A stretch of 64,000 nt of DNA, taken from positions 54,808,001 through 54,872,000 of the forward strand of contig OX597822.1 of the NCBI GenBank assembly GCA_951406725.2. Reading direction: 5' to 3'. This document shows, one piece after another, positions 49,092-63,621 of the stretch (position 1 is its first letter; every line of letters begins with the position of its first letter). This DNA is from Octopus vulgaris (taxonomy: Eukaryota). The position numbers were made by a program, and so were the translations under genes. The notes beneath the pieces are model-generated. The model worked only from the letters and a program-made list of their open reading frames with translations, searched no databases and was not told the origin of the DNA.

Positions 49092-50899
49092 AACGTATAC
49101 ACTGTAAACAAAAAGCTTTACCATTCCTGATAATCTTATTTTGTGATCTCATATCCTCAAGATAACCAAAATAAATTAAGAAAATTAGCTTCACCACCAA
49201 GTCTAGAGAATACTCCAGCTTCCAATAGTTACCATCTTTATACGAAGCTTAAGTGTGACCCTCAATCAAATACTAATCCTACGTCCGAGATGGAGCTGTT
49301 GCTACTACATATCATATATCTACGTCCTATACTGGGTCCTAGTCAAAGTCCCCCGTCGTTTGCCATCACAATCTAACCGGTTTTCTTACTCTGCCTTCTC
49401 TACCGTTACTACTGTAGTCCCTGTTCCTCGGAGTTGGCTGACATCTCACACCAACTTCACTCTTGCCGGCTCTTCACCGAACACGATCAGGAGCGGCTCA
49501 AGACACTGTCAACTCGAGCAGTCGTCCATGATATTACTTTCTGGGGTATCACCTTTAATAATTTTTTAGTCGAATGAATCGATCCTTTTACCTACTTTTT
49601 TGTCAAGCCTGGTATTTATCCTAAGGGTCTCTCTTGTCGGACCGCTAAGTTACAGGAACGTAAACAAATCAACACCAGTCGTCAAGCAGTGGCGGTGGAC
49701 AAACACTGACACAAAGACTTACACACACGCGTGCAAGTGCACACACACACACATTAATATACGACAGACTTCTTTCAATCTCCGTCTACCAAATCCACAA
49801 GGGTTTGGTCGACCAGAAGCTATAGTAGAAGACACATACCCAAGGTGCCACACAGTGGGACTGAACCCAGAACTAAATGATTGCCTGTTGTGCTAAAAAT
49901 TCTACCAGCTCGCCGCTTTGAGCAGTATCTCACACTTTGGAAAATATGATACGAAAATATTTAAAGGGGCTAGCTTAGTATGACATTATTGGATATTACT
50001 CCAAATACATTACCTTACAACATACTATGTTACAGAAGACTACATTACACTACACAACTACACAGCACCACAGTACATTTCACTAAGCTACTATCATCTC
50101 TGCGTTACACTATATTACGCAACTTCTGACCAGCACCTCACTATATTGCACAACTTCTGACCAGCACCTCACTATATTACATTTGGAGAAGCAGTGTATG
50201 ATAAATACGTCAATTGCGTCACCGGTTAATAACAATGCACGACTAATCTAGAAATGAGGCTTGTAAGTGACAGTTCTTTTTTTTTTATATATATATTTTT
50301 GTTAATAGAGAAACTTCTGGAACTTGAAATAATGAAGTTTAGCAGCATAAAATCATCGATAATACCATCATTTCTTTCCCAAAAGAAATCGACATTAGCT
50401 TAAAGGGTCTAAGGCTTATCACAACATCAAACAAAGAAGTGTGGCTCCAGTCTTTTCAAAGTTATTCTGAAATATTACGTGAGTCAGCAAGTATTTGCTA
50501 ATTAGATAAAAACGGACATACAGATCAGCACGCAATAGTTGATACGATTCGTTCAAACGAGACACATAGGTGTCATGTTATCATTTTGGACATCGTGTAA
50601 AAGTATTACGGTGTCTTCTGTCGAGTAACCCGAATAATGCATATATTGAATTCATTTAATCAGATTTAAATTGTTTCAAAATTTCAGATAAATGAGAAAA
50701 ACGAAATATATATATACTAATCTTGTTACAAATGTTGTTTTGTGAATATAAGCTTGCATAATCAAACTGTCCTGTATTTGATGAAACTTGTATCAAGTGT
50801 GGAAAAAAAACAACATTTCATGCTGTATGTTTTTCCTACAAAAAATGGTTATCGAAATTAAAAGGCAAGATTCTGTTAGTGTTTATAAGACAAGCCTCA

Positions 50900-53880
50900 A
50901 AACACGCCAACGATCAATGCACAACTCAATAATGTTACATAGAAATGCACGTTGATGCTGACAATCAGGTGACTGTAATGGCTCAGAATTTCTGAATTGA
51001 TTTGAACAGATCAAAATTAACTCAAACGAAATGAATTTGATGAATCACCCATTGGAATTTTAGGAAAATATCATGCATTAGTGAAAGTCGGTTACAGAAT
51101 AAATAGAAGTAGTGAGTTATTGTTACTGAATGTAAAAAAAAAAATGGCTTGTATGGTTTGGACATAATGATTGTTAATAGTTCAGCATTAATTCATGAAC
51201 TAATTCGATATTAATCCAGGAAAACTTTGGTGATTAAGAGGTTTTAATTCCAATAGTATTCTCCAAAGAAATATCAAGCCATCTTATTTTGATGAAAGAC
51301 GATTATAAATACATGTAACACCAATAGTCATAACAAAGCTGAGGAAACTAATGAATGAAGGTCTTTCACAAATGGTTCTTCCTGAATGAAGAATTCGGTC
51401 CTCTCCATGAATGGATGAGCATAAGGTAGAGGGAAACCTCAAAGTATGTGGAGATTATAAAGCTGGTATAAATAAAAGTTTTTCTTTTTCAGATTCTTAT
51501 CCAACTCCAAATACTAAATTGATATTTTCTTTTCTTTCTTGCATGAACCATTTTGCTAAATTAGTTTGAAAGTGGAATATGTCATTAGATAGGTGTGCTT
51601 TCTGAAGCAAAATATATTATGAGAATAAATGCACCAACAGGTCTTTTAAGAGGGACAAGTCTTCCATATTAGGATTATAACACCTAACGCTGTGTTTCAG
51701 AGAATAACTGACCATAGTGTTGGAAAGGATATCGATAAAGTTATTGTTTATTCAGATGTCACATGTATTGGTGCTAATACTGTTGTAAATTTATATATTC
51801 CACTGAACCTCCCAAAACTAGGCACCAATATCTAAGCGTCATCTTAACTTCATAAGAATATCTATAAAGAAAATCAAATAATATCAATGTAAGTAATCTT
51901 CAGAAGCGATCGATCCACAAACACTTTGCACTTTTCTAGAAACATTAGCATAGTATGTTAATTACGTCAACACCTGCTTATTACTGCAAGTTATAACATC
52001 AAAGTAAACAATTAGTATTAACTTATTGTTACAAAACAATACCTATACTACAGAGAACTTACTCCCAAAGAGGACACTGTGATCCTAAAAGTTAAAGTAC
52101 TAAGGAACAAGCTAACTAAATATATTAAGGGGAAAATGTTGCAAATTTATATATTTAAGTAGATAAGATCATAAAGAAGTTGGAATTATTAGGCATGCTG
52201 AGCAATAGAGCTAAATGTATGTTGGAAACTGGCGAAATATCTTTTGAAGGATATAGACTGACAAAGGGGGTACATCACCAGATCATCACTTAATAGTGAG
52301 GGTTAGAAATGTAGAATCATCAAGAGAGAAGTGAGAAGTACCCGCTCTTGGACTTGTGAATTTCTTTAAGTATGGTTGATCATAAATATGATGTCTTATT
52401 TTCATGGGGAGAACAACAACAAAATGCATTTCAGCTTGGTATAAGCTGAGGTTAGTATCGAAGCCAGATTTATGATGTCGCGAATGAAAAGGCTCAATCG
52501 GAGATAATTTCGCAAGACAGCCGTTCTGTATTATTTTTATCAAGAGCATTATAAGAGTTATACCTAGCTGAAGCTAGGTATAACTGGTACTCCGCCGGTT
52601 ACGACGACGAGAGTCCCAGTTGATCCATACAACAAAACAGCCTGCTCGTGAAATTAACGTGCATGTGGATGAGCAGTCTACAGACATGTATACTCTTAAC
52701 GTAGTTCTCAGGAAAATTTAGTATGACACAGAGCGTGACAAAGCTTGCCCTTTGAAATACAAGTACTACTCATTTTTGCCAGCTGAGAGGACTGGAGCAA
52801 CGTGAAATAAAGTGTTTTGATCAAGGATATTACGTATCGTCGGAAACTGAACTCATAACCTTAAGATCATGAGCCGAATACCCTAACCACTAACCCACGT
52901 GCTTTCACGAAGCTAGGTATATAAGCACTGAAAAAGGGAAGTCTTGGCGTTTGTACGGTGTCGATGATCACAGAATTTTTTGTTTGACCGAAAATATAAA
53001 TTGGTCTCAGGTTAAAGGCCACGATAATTTATTATCTTTTGTTTTTTGTTTTTTTGAAAAAATTATGGTTTCCATAAAGTAAACATCCACCAATATTTTA
53101 AGATAGGTGCCTTACAAACGATAGCATTTGTTTATAAAATATCTTATGTAAAAGCATCTGAGATACTGTATGTTAATGTATTATCACAGTCGGAATTTAT
53201 TAATAATGTTGGTTTAGATAAACGTGATCATGATAATGAGGATGACAATAATTTCTTCAGCTATTTTGTGGAAACTAATTAATAAGATGTGAAAATACAA
53301 AACTGGAGACTAGTAATGATAATACTTTATCAGGTGAATTAAAAAAGACTTTTAATAATAATTGGAGCTGTTGTTCTGTTGCTGAAAGGCCATTCACGTT
53401 ATGAAAAATATGTTAGCAGTAGTAGATGGTATCATGTGTAATGGAGAATTAATTTGTTTCACCAACCTGTTTGAGAACATTGATGATAAAAGTTGCGGAT
53501 GATGATGTACACTGTCTCAGCGGCAACAAAGAACCAGTTTAATTTAGAAGCATGGTTCAGAGAATACCTTGAAGATGTGACACGATATGAAAGAAAATGT
53601 CTGACAAGCTAGAATAAAACCAGAGTTACTTCATCCAGTAAAATCTAAAGTAATTAAAGAGATGTGTGTATATGGTTCATGTTTACGCCAAACATTAAAT
53701 ATTGTTCTTAATATGTTATGATACAGATACTGAGTGGGCTGAAGTAATAACAATTCGGAATAAAGGAGCAAAGATAGTGAGGCGGGCATTAAAAACTATT
53801 CATGCACGTGGCAGTCCCCGACGGATAGCTATCGTAGGCGAGACAATCATTTCTAGATGAATTCAAGTAGGGTTGGACAT
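50900..53880 (+). pseudogene. Heavily degenerate Gypsy pol (protease, RT, RNase H, integrase)
   Basis: Colinear remnants: EMHVDADNQVTVM (protease), GNLKVCGDYKAGINK and SDSYPTPN (RT), VIVYSDV (decayed YxDD, ~51740-51760), AFVYKISYVKASEILYVNVLS (RNase H end), LEAWFREYLEDVTRYERKC (integrase zinc finger). Numerous stops and frameshifts. Confidence 0.75.
52583..52908 (-). mobile_element. tRNA-derived SINE, family D, with 13-bp TSD
   Basis: TSD gaagctaggtata at 52570-52582 and 52909-52921. tRNA head gtgaaagcacgtgggttagtggttagg on the minus strand. Homologous copy at 34440-34765. Confidence 0.85.
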
Positions 53881-56262
53881 TTGAATTTTAAACCGGAGAG
53901 TAATGAAGAAGGTGCACACAATATACACATAAAGATCTTTAAAATATTAGTCGTAGGTAGCCATGTATAGCGTCATTTCATCCATTATTTTAAATCGTCA
54001 GTATGGCATAACTCGAGGCAAAGTGTGTGACGATCCCTGTCAATTTCATGATTATAACTTTCATACACGGCATAATAAAAACTAGATGCAAACCTAGGAA
54101 AGGCACTTCCATATCATCTAGGATTAAATATAATTGCTGAAAGAATAGCTAGAAGTGTGAAAATTTGTGAGAAAGCCTATTAGTCAATTAAGGGTCGACG
54201 GTATGGTTAAGACGCTCGCTTTGCAACCACGTGGTTTCGGATCTAGTTCCAATGTGTGACACCCCGGGCGCTGCTATAGCCCCGAGCCGACCAAAGTTTT
54301 GTGAGTGAATTTGGTAAACGTAAACTGTGTGGAAGCCCATCGTATATGTATGTGTATGCGTGTGGAAGCCCATTGTATATGTTGTGTATATCCTCCACCA
54401 CCACTTGATAACCAGTGTTGGATTCTTTACGTTCCCATAACTTAGAAGTTCAGCAAAAGGTCACCAATAGAATAAGTAGCTGACTTAAAGAAAATAAAAA
54501 CGGGGTTTAATTTGTTCGACTAAATCCTTCAAAGTGCTTCCCCATCATGGCTGCTTTCCAATGACTAAAACAAGTAAGAGATAAATTATAACGCATAGCT
54601 GACACACAAGCTTTTGACACATCGAAAATTCTATAATTGAGGAAAACTTTACTTTAATATGTTGGCAAATACGATCACCATTAGTGATCGTATTTGCCAA
54701 GTTATAAAAGCTCTAGTTTGGCACGATGCATCATAATCTAGATTTATTCTCCTTGAAGGTAACAATACATCTGTACTCTTTAAAAGGTGAGCAGTATATA
54801 TTAGCTTATGTAGAACAAATAATGACACACATTTATAATGTGTGTCATTATAGAATCAGTCTCTCAAGACTTGATTAGAATTCCTGATTCTATTAAAGAT
54901 TGCGATTTCAAAACTAATACAAGCGATTTGATAACTGATTTGATAATTGAACCATCGCAAATGGTGTTAGACAAAGGAATTAAACCAATTTGTTTGTGCG
55001 AGACGATGTAATGTCATTTTTACGCGAATGTGGTCTGAGCTCAAATCCTGACGAGATGAACTTTGCTTTTTATTCTTTCGGGGTCGATATAATAAGATAC
55101 CATTCAAATACTGGTGTCAATGGTACTGGCTAAAATCCTCCTCTTCAAAACTGCAGGCCTTGAATCTAAATTAGAAACCATTATGCTATTTCTAAATTAG
55201 AGGCCATTATGAAGCGTGTGGCTTAGTGACTTGCGTGTTGAACTCATGATCGTGAGATTGTGGTTTCGATTCCTGAGACGGGAGTTGCGTTGTATTCTTG
55301 AGTAAAGCATTTCATTTTACTTTGCTCCAATCCACTCAGCTGGCAAAAAATGAATAATCCTGCGACAGACTGCCGTTCCATCAATATACATGCCACAGAA
55401 TACAGGAAACATGCCTTATGATCCCATGACCCGGAAAGAGCCTTTGATTTTTTAAATTTCTTTTTATTTCTACGCTATGTGGATTGGTAGAACCGTTAGA
55501 ACGTCGAAGAAGATTCTTTGTGGTATTTACTTACAGCATTTTACAATCTGAGTTCAAATCTCACCGAGGTCAACTTTGCTTATCATTCTTCTAAATTCGA
55601 TAGAATAAAGTACCAGCCAAATACTAGGATTGATTATATCGACTAACATCTCCTTCAGTATTATTGCATGTTTTCTTCCGGTTTGCATGGGATTAGGTCT
55701 ACATAAGACTATATATCCAGTCAGGTAAAACTTCTGAACATAGAAGTTTCAAGTATGACTATTTAGATTAGCGATTCTCAGCATGGGCCCGTATAACTCC
55801 TGGGGCTCCATATAAGGTTTAGGGGGATCGATGCAACCAAAATAGAAAATTAAGAATCTATAGTAATATTTCAAGGGTCCACAAAAAGACTTTGTGCTAG
55901 ATTTATGTATTGCAAGAAACAATTAAGTTTCTTTCTCAAACGTTTTACGTAATTCAACATGTCTCCGGCAATTGAAGCATGCTCTCTCAGAGAGTGTAAT
56001 TTCAAACTTACACAAATGAACGTGTGAAAGAAAAAGGAATTTTGAAAGAACCGGTGCTGGTTTGTTTACGTCCTCGTAACTTAGTGGCTTAGGAAAAAGA
56101 GACCGATTGGATAAGTACCAGTCTTGATAATTAAAAAAATAGTACTAGGGTCGATTTGTTAGACTAAACTCTTCAAGATAGTGCCCCAGCATAACCGCAG
56201 TATGACTGTAGTAAGTAAAGAATAAAAGATACATATGTATATTTATATATATATATGTGTGT

Positions 56263-56334
<72 letters not shown>

Positions 56335-56567
56335 ATGTGTGTGTGCGTGTGTATAGTTAATCCAAACATGAACAAAGAGAAAACACAACAACGCCAGGAC
56401 GTGGAACAAGTATAGTGTTATTGGACGCTCAGGAAAGGAAAGAAAGAAGGAGGATTTAACGTTACGAGCGGAGCTCTTCGCCAGAAACATAGAAAAAGGA
56501 AAGATCCAATGAAGGGAAGACGGAGAAAGAAAATCGCCAACGATACACACGTGGTCACATATTGAAA

Positions 56568-56600
<33 letters not shown>

Positions 56601-56625
56601 GCTCAAAATGTATATATACATATAT

Positions 56626-56659
<34 letters not shown>

Positions 56660-56666
56660 GGTCAAA

Positions 56667-56727
<61 letters not shown>

Positions 56728-57805
56728 CAAAAATAAGGAGTGCGTTGCGTTATATGAAGTCCAACACGTATAGTAATAAACAAACGAACTGAAAAAAGAT
56801 GCAGAAGATCAAGTTGAAAAGCATATACTAAATGCACAGACGAACGAAGAACAAACACAGATATACATACATACATACATACATACATACATACATACAT
56901 ACATACATACATACATACATACATGCGTACGTACGTAGTTATTTCACCTTAAAGTTCTCGTACGTACGTATGTATTTATGTATGCATGTATATTCACCTG
57001 TCTGGATGTTTTGCGTTCTTGTCCCATTTTTGTATTTTTTATATATAAAATATAGCGGCGTACGTACACTTTGGTCTCTTGTATGTATGTACGTATATAT
57101 ATTGTATGTATGTATGTATGTATGTATGTATGTATGTATGTATGTATGTATGTGGTGATCTTCTTTCGAACATTGTACATATAAGTAAGATTGGTGGACA
57201 AAGTAAAACAAACTGCACTTAATCAAAGTGCAACGTACACGAATGATGGTTAACTTTTGGGAATAACAGGCAAACGAAATGATAATTGCTTAAAACCCTG
57301 TTTAGTATAAAATACTTTTGATGTGTATTCAATTTTATATCTTTTAAAATGAACCAGATAAATATAGTTGTTTCAGATTTTGGCACAAGACCAGCAGTTG
57401 TGAAGGGGAGGGGGAAGTCGATTACATTGACATCAGTGCTGAGCTGGTACTTATTTTAGCGACCCCGCAGGATAAAAGGCAAAGTTGACTTTAACGGAAT
57501 TTGAACTCGGTAAATGAATTATAATTTATAGCGATGTCATGCATTTAAGATGATTGCATTTTTTTTTTAACGCAACCAAACACACACATTCGCGCTTACA
57601 TGAACACACACATACACACACCGAAATACACAAACAAACACACACACAAATAAACACGTAGACACATACTCACACTCTCAGATACGGACTCACATGCATA
57701 CTTTCTCGCACATCACGCGAACGTACTCGCGTCATATGTCTTTTATGTGTGAAAATAATTATTAGCTGTGTACTTAGTTAAAACATAAATTTCATAACCA
57801 TAAAC

Positions 57806-57862
<57 letters not shown>

Positions 57863-57970
57863 GGTTTCTAATGAAAATTGACCAATCAAATTTTTAATCG
57901 AAACCGTATTTTCTAAAAGAAAACGAATCTTATAGAGAGTAGAAAATCTAAAACCGCTCACGTAAATATC

Positions 57971-58322
57971 AGGGTTCAGTCCCACTGCGTGGCACCTTGG
58001 GCAAGCGTCTTCTACTATAGCCTCGGGCCGACCAAAGCCTTGTGAGTGGATTTGATAGACGGAAACTGAAAGAAGCCCGTCGTACATTTGTATATATGTG
58101 TGTACGTGTGTGTACATGTTTGTGTGTCTGTGTTTGTCCCCCCAACATCGCTTGACAACCGACGCTGGTGTGTTTAGGTCCCCGTAACTTAGCGGTTCGG
58201 CAAAAAGAGACCGATAGAATAAGTACTAGGCTTACAAAGAATAAGTCCTGGGGTCGATTTACTCGACTAAAGGCGATGTTCCAGCATGACCACAGTCAAA
58301 TGACTGAAACAAGTAAAAGAGT
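57971..58322 (+). mobile_element. Family A SINE, 5'-truncated, CpG-retaining
   Basis: Starts at box B gggttcagtccc. Body and tail are intact. Confidence 0.85.
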
Positions 58323-59194
<872 letters not shown>

Positions 59195-59268
59195 GTAAAG
59201 AGTGAAAATCCTATATTTTCTATATATTCACCCACGTGCTTTCACAAACCAACTTTCTTATCTATCTA

Positions 59269-59360
<92 letters not shown>

Positions 59361-60619
59361 TATTTACGAAAACTCGTTTTTGAAATTAAAATGAAATTTT
59401 AAAACTGGGACAAATTACAACACCGAAGCATACTTTAGCAACACTGGGACTATTGTTTGAAAACCGGGGTGTTTGAATATCCTGCGTACATTTGATGTAT
59501 GGTGTGAAAACTCTCTGTTTATGTGACTGACGTCAGGTAAACTAGTGAATATGTTTACAGTAGATTGCTTGAAGTACCATGTGTCGTTTAATATTTGTGT
59601 TTTATATGACTCTATGTTCCTTCTATTGTACGTATTTGTTGATCGTTGAAACCTACGAAGTCAACAATTGCCGATTATTATTTGTTTATCTGGTATACCT
59701 CTCAAGTATGTACTCCCCCACCACCGACTTGGTTTCTAAACTTTTCAAAAAAAACAAATATTTTTAAATTAAATTTTCTTTAGATACCTTTCAGATATCG
59801 ATTTTTCTTTTTTGTTTTATGTGAAAAATTTTTTTAGATGGGTGAGGAGCGAAGTTTTGGATAATTCACATAAGTCAATTTTATTTTCTCATCATTTTCA
59901 GAAAAATGTCTTTTTTAATAAGATTTTCTACAAATACTTTTCAGATAGTGTTGAGTGCGATTAATCTCTCCCTCTCCTCCGAAAACTTTTTTTTTTCTCA
60001 ACAAATTCCCATATTATCAGAACCTACACCATCTGAAACGTATTTGTAGAAAATTTCTATCAAAAAAAAAAAAAAATCCATATCTCTGAAAGTTACAAAG
60101 AAACAAAAGCCGAGGTAGAGGGCATATTTGTGTAGGTAGGACGATTACTTTTCACTGGTTCTCATTTTCAGGCAAGTTGAGTGAACCAACGTCAAAAGAA
60201 GTGCCTGGCTCAAGGACACAACACACCGTCGATTCCTTAAATTCACACCTCACGATCCACTATAATCAACAGGCCATACGCTTTCACTTCTTAGCGTAAT
60301 AAGATCAAATCAAGATTAGGATAGGCCTAATATCAACCTCTCACATATTTCGTATGTATTTACGTTCTGAGTTCAAATTCCGTCGAGGACAACTTTATCT
60401 GTTGCGTACTAGGGTTGATCTAATCAAAAATTTCGGGCCTTGTGCCCAGAGTAGAAGAGAATATCGTCCTCTCACTAAACTTCGACATCGATAAACAATG
60501 GAGATGAAACAATCATTCCAACCCTCAATCCTAGGATAACTGTTCTTGTATCTACCGAACATTGATCATGATTTGATCAAATTTCTGTAAAATAAATTGA
60601 AACAACAATTATAGTTCCT

Positions 60620-61950
60620 ACTATAGGCACAAGGCTAGCACATTTAAATAGAGGGGATTTGTCGATGCCGTCAACTTCACTATTTGACTGGTTCTTTATT
60701 TTACCGATCCCAGAGAGATGAAAGAAAAATTTGACGTCGGAGGAGTTTGAATTCAGAACCTAAAAACTCGGAACAAATACCGTGAAGTATTTTGCTGACG
60801 CTCTAACAATTCTACCAGCTCACGACCTTTGAAATAACTACAACAACCACAACAAATTTCAAATTTTGGCACAAGGCCGGCAATTTCGGTGGAGTGGGTA
60901 GGTCGATTACGTTGACTGGTACTTATTTTATCGACCCCGACAGGATGGAAGGCAAAGCTGGCCTCGGCGGGATTTGAACTCAGAACCTAAAGACAGACGA
61001 AATGCCGCTAAGCATTTTGCCCGACGTGCAAACGATTCTACCAGCACACCGCCTTAACAACAACAATAATTCTTTCTACTGGAAGCACAAGGCCACAAAT
61101 TTGGTGGGAAGGGATTAAGTCGGGCATTCTTTCAATATAACTCGACAAAATCAAAACATTTCAATTCGGGTATTTCCGTAGAAGCAAATGACAGTTCGAT
61201 TCTGTTTTCTGCTTGGAAATTTGCGGATTTTACATACACACATGAAACAGGTAAGAACAAGTATGCAAGGCTTATTTTCTTCAAGTTTAAAACGAGACAT
61301 TGCTGACATAATTTCGTTATATCTATCCTCCACAATTCATGGAAATACCCGAAGTGAAACGTTTTGATTTTGTCGAGTTATATCGAAGGAATGCCTGAAG
61401 TCGATGTCGATTACATCGACTCCAGTGCGTAACTGGTATTTATTTTTGTGACTCCAAAAGGATGAAAGGCAAAGTCGACCTCGGCGGAATTTGAACTCAG
61501 AACATAGCGAAATACCTACAAGGGTCTAAACACAAAGGGGACAAACAAGGACAGATAAACGGGTTAAGTTGATTACATCGACCCCAGTGCGTCACTGGTA
61601 CTTAATTTATCGACCCCGAAAGGATGAAAGGCAAAGTCGACCTCGGCGGAATTTGAACTCAGAACGCAGCGGCGGACGAAATACCACAAAGCATTTCGCC
61701 CGACGCGCTAACGATTCTGCCAGCTCGCCGCCTAATAACAACAATAATAATAACGACTTCAAATTTTGGCACCAGGCCAGTAAGTTCGGTGTGGGAGTAA
61801 GTCGATTACCACGACCCCAGTACTCAGTGCTCAACTGGTACTTATTTTATTGACCCCGAAAGGATAAAAGGTAAAGTCGACCTCGGCGGAATTTGAACTC
61901 AGAATGTAAACATGGGCAAAGTGCCCGGCATGCCACCTCGCCGTCTTAAT

Positions 61951-61990
<40 letters not shown>

Positions 61991-62067
61991 ACAACAACAA
62001 CAACAACAACAGCAACAACAACAACAACGACGACGACGACGACAACAACAACAACAACAACAACAAC

Positions 62068-62110
<43 letters not shown>

Positions 62111-62345
62111 GTTTCTGATTTAGGCACATGGTCAGCAATTTTATGGAGAGGGGATTAACCGATGCCATCGAGTTCAATGCTTGAATAATATTTTATTTCA
62201 TCGATCCCCGAAAGGGATGAAAGACAAAGTTGACCTCGGCGATATTTGAACTCAGAAATGTAAAGAGCCGGAAGAATACCGCAAAGCACCCCACCACACA
62301 TACACAAACAATGCTTTGACGATTCTGCTAGCTCGCTGCCTTTGA
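60620..62345 (-). mobile_element. Cluster of family B SINEs with interspersed (AAC/AAT/CAT)n microsatellites
   Basis: Repeated aaggcaaagtcgacctcggcggaatttgaactcagaac cores at ~60720, 60950, 61465, 61625, 61870 and 62220. Confidence 0.85.
61121..61397. mobile_element. MITE with ~57-bp TIRs and 4-bp TSD, nested in a family B SINE
   Basis: cgggcattctttcaatataactcgacaaaatcaaaac... versus ...gttttgattttgtcgagttatatcgaaggaatgcctg. aagt at 61117-61120 and 61398-61401. Confidence 0.85.
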
Positions 62346-63332
62346 AATAACATTAATGAAAACAATAGCCACTGAGACAGAAACAGTAAACATTAAATTA
62401 CTGGCGTGTTCAGTGTTTCGTTTCGTTGACTCCATGATGTACTAAAGAACACGTCTGTAGTTTTGTTGTTGCTTTTTAAGCCAACTCTGTGTTTGGACGT
62501 TTGTAAACAATTCGTCTGTACGTGTGTAGGTCGATAAAAAGGAAGAATAGTTGTTGATAAATGATCCCCACTAAAAGTCGAAACGTACGTAGAATCAGTG
62601 TCATTTTAAAGCATGGGCATACTAAGAAGTCGTTTAGGGGCAGTCGCTTAGGGGGCCTGACGGCTCTAACGGCTCAGTTCTAACCGATGTTTGGTGTGCA
62701 TTGATTTGTCCCTGGCTCTATTCTGTTAATAAGACGGTCCCATGTATAGCTGTTTCCCCATTTTTTTTTTGGGGGGGGGGAGGTTTGTCCGTGTAGAGAT
62801 TTGTACAGAAGGATTGTTCACAAATATCGTAACACAAAATGTTAGCTAAAAAAAAAAAAACGACAGCAGCAACAAAAACGGCCTATAGGTTTATATTAAA
62901 GTATGTTATAGTTAAAAAAAAAAAACAAAAAAAAACAATGAATACCCATCGGGTGGTTGTTGTCGTCGTTGCTTAGCCCCAGGTCAGGTCCGATCCTAGG
63001 ATGACTTCTGTTTCCACCGTCGCCATTCCGTCTGTCCAATCTAAGGGTTCCTTTGTTTACGACAAGGTGGTTTCAGAGATCTATTTGGCTGCTATTTTTA
63101 GGAGTTCCATCGCCTACGCAGAGGCTCCCACATTAGCTTTGTTTACCTGTCTGTTTCTCTCTCTCTCTCTCTCTCCCCTCTGTCTGTCTGTCTCTCTTTC
63201 TCTCTCTCACACACACACATAACAATAAGAACAAGGACGCTAACTAGCGAGAGTGTGGGTGCGGAGATAGCAACCAAATTTCCCTCAAATCACATTCAAC
63301 TTCCGAAAAAAAAGATGAAAACAAACTTTGTA

Positions 63333-63621
63333 AATACTGTTGTGCCTGGGGAGAGTAATTTTCTTTTTGTGCCTTATGATTTAACACACTCCAAAAATTT
63401 TCGTTGCGTTTTGCAACTTTTTCAAGAGTCAAGACTATTGAAAAGGTTGTAAGACGCAACGAAAATTTTAGGAAAATAAAAATAAGGAATAAGTGGAAAT
63501 TATACAGGTGAGTGTGTTAAATTAGAAGGCACGAAAAGAAAATTACTCTCCCCAAACACAACAGAATATGCTTCAACACACGAACACACATAAAGAATCT
63601 TGCAAACCAAATCCAAAAACG
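63333..63621. mobile_element. Fold-back element with hairpin centre and 10-bp TSD
   Basis: TSD aaactttgta at 63323-63332 and 63622-63631. Arms 63394-63430 and 63433-63469 are inverted around a 2-nt loop. Confidence 0.8.

Noticed and set aside
62550-62600. gtcGAAACGTACGTA hammerhead-like 3' half
   Set aside because: No recognisable CUGANGA box or stem I. Too decayed to support.
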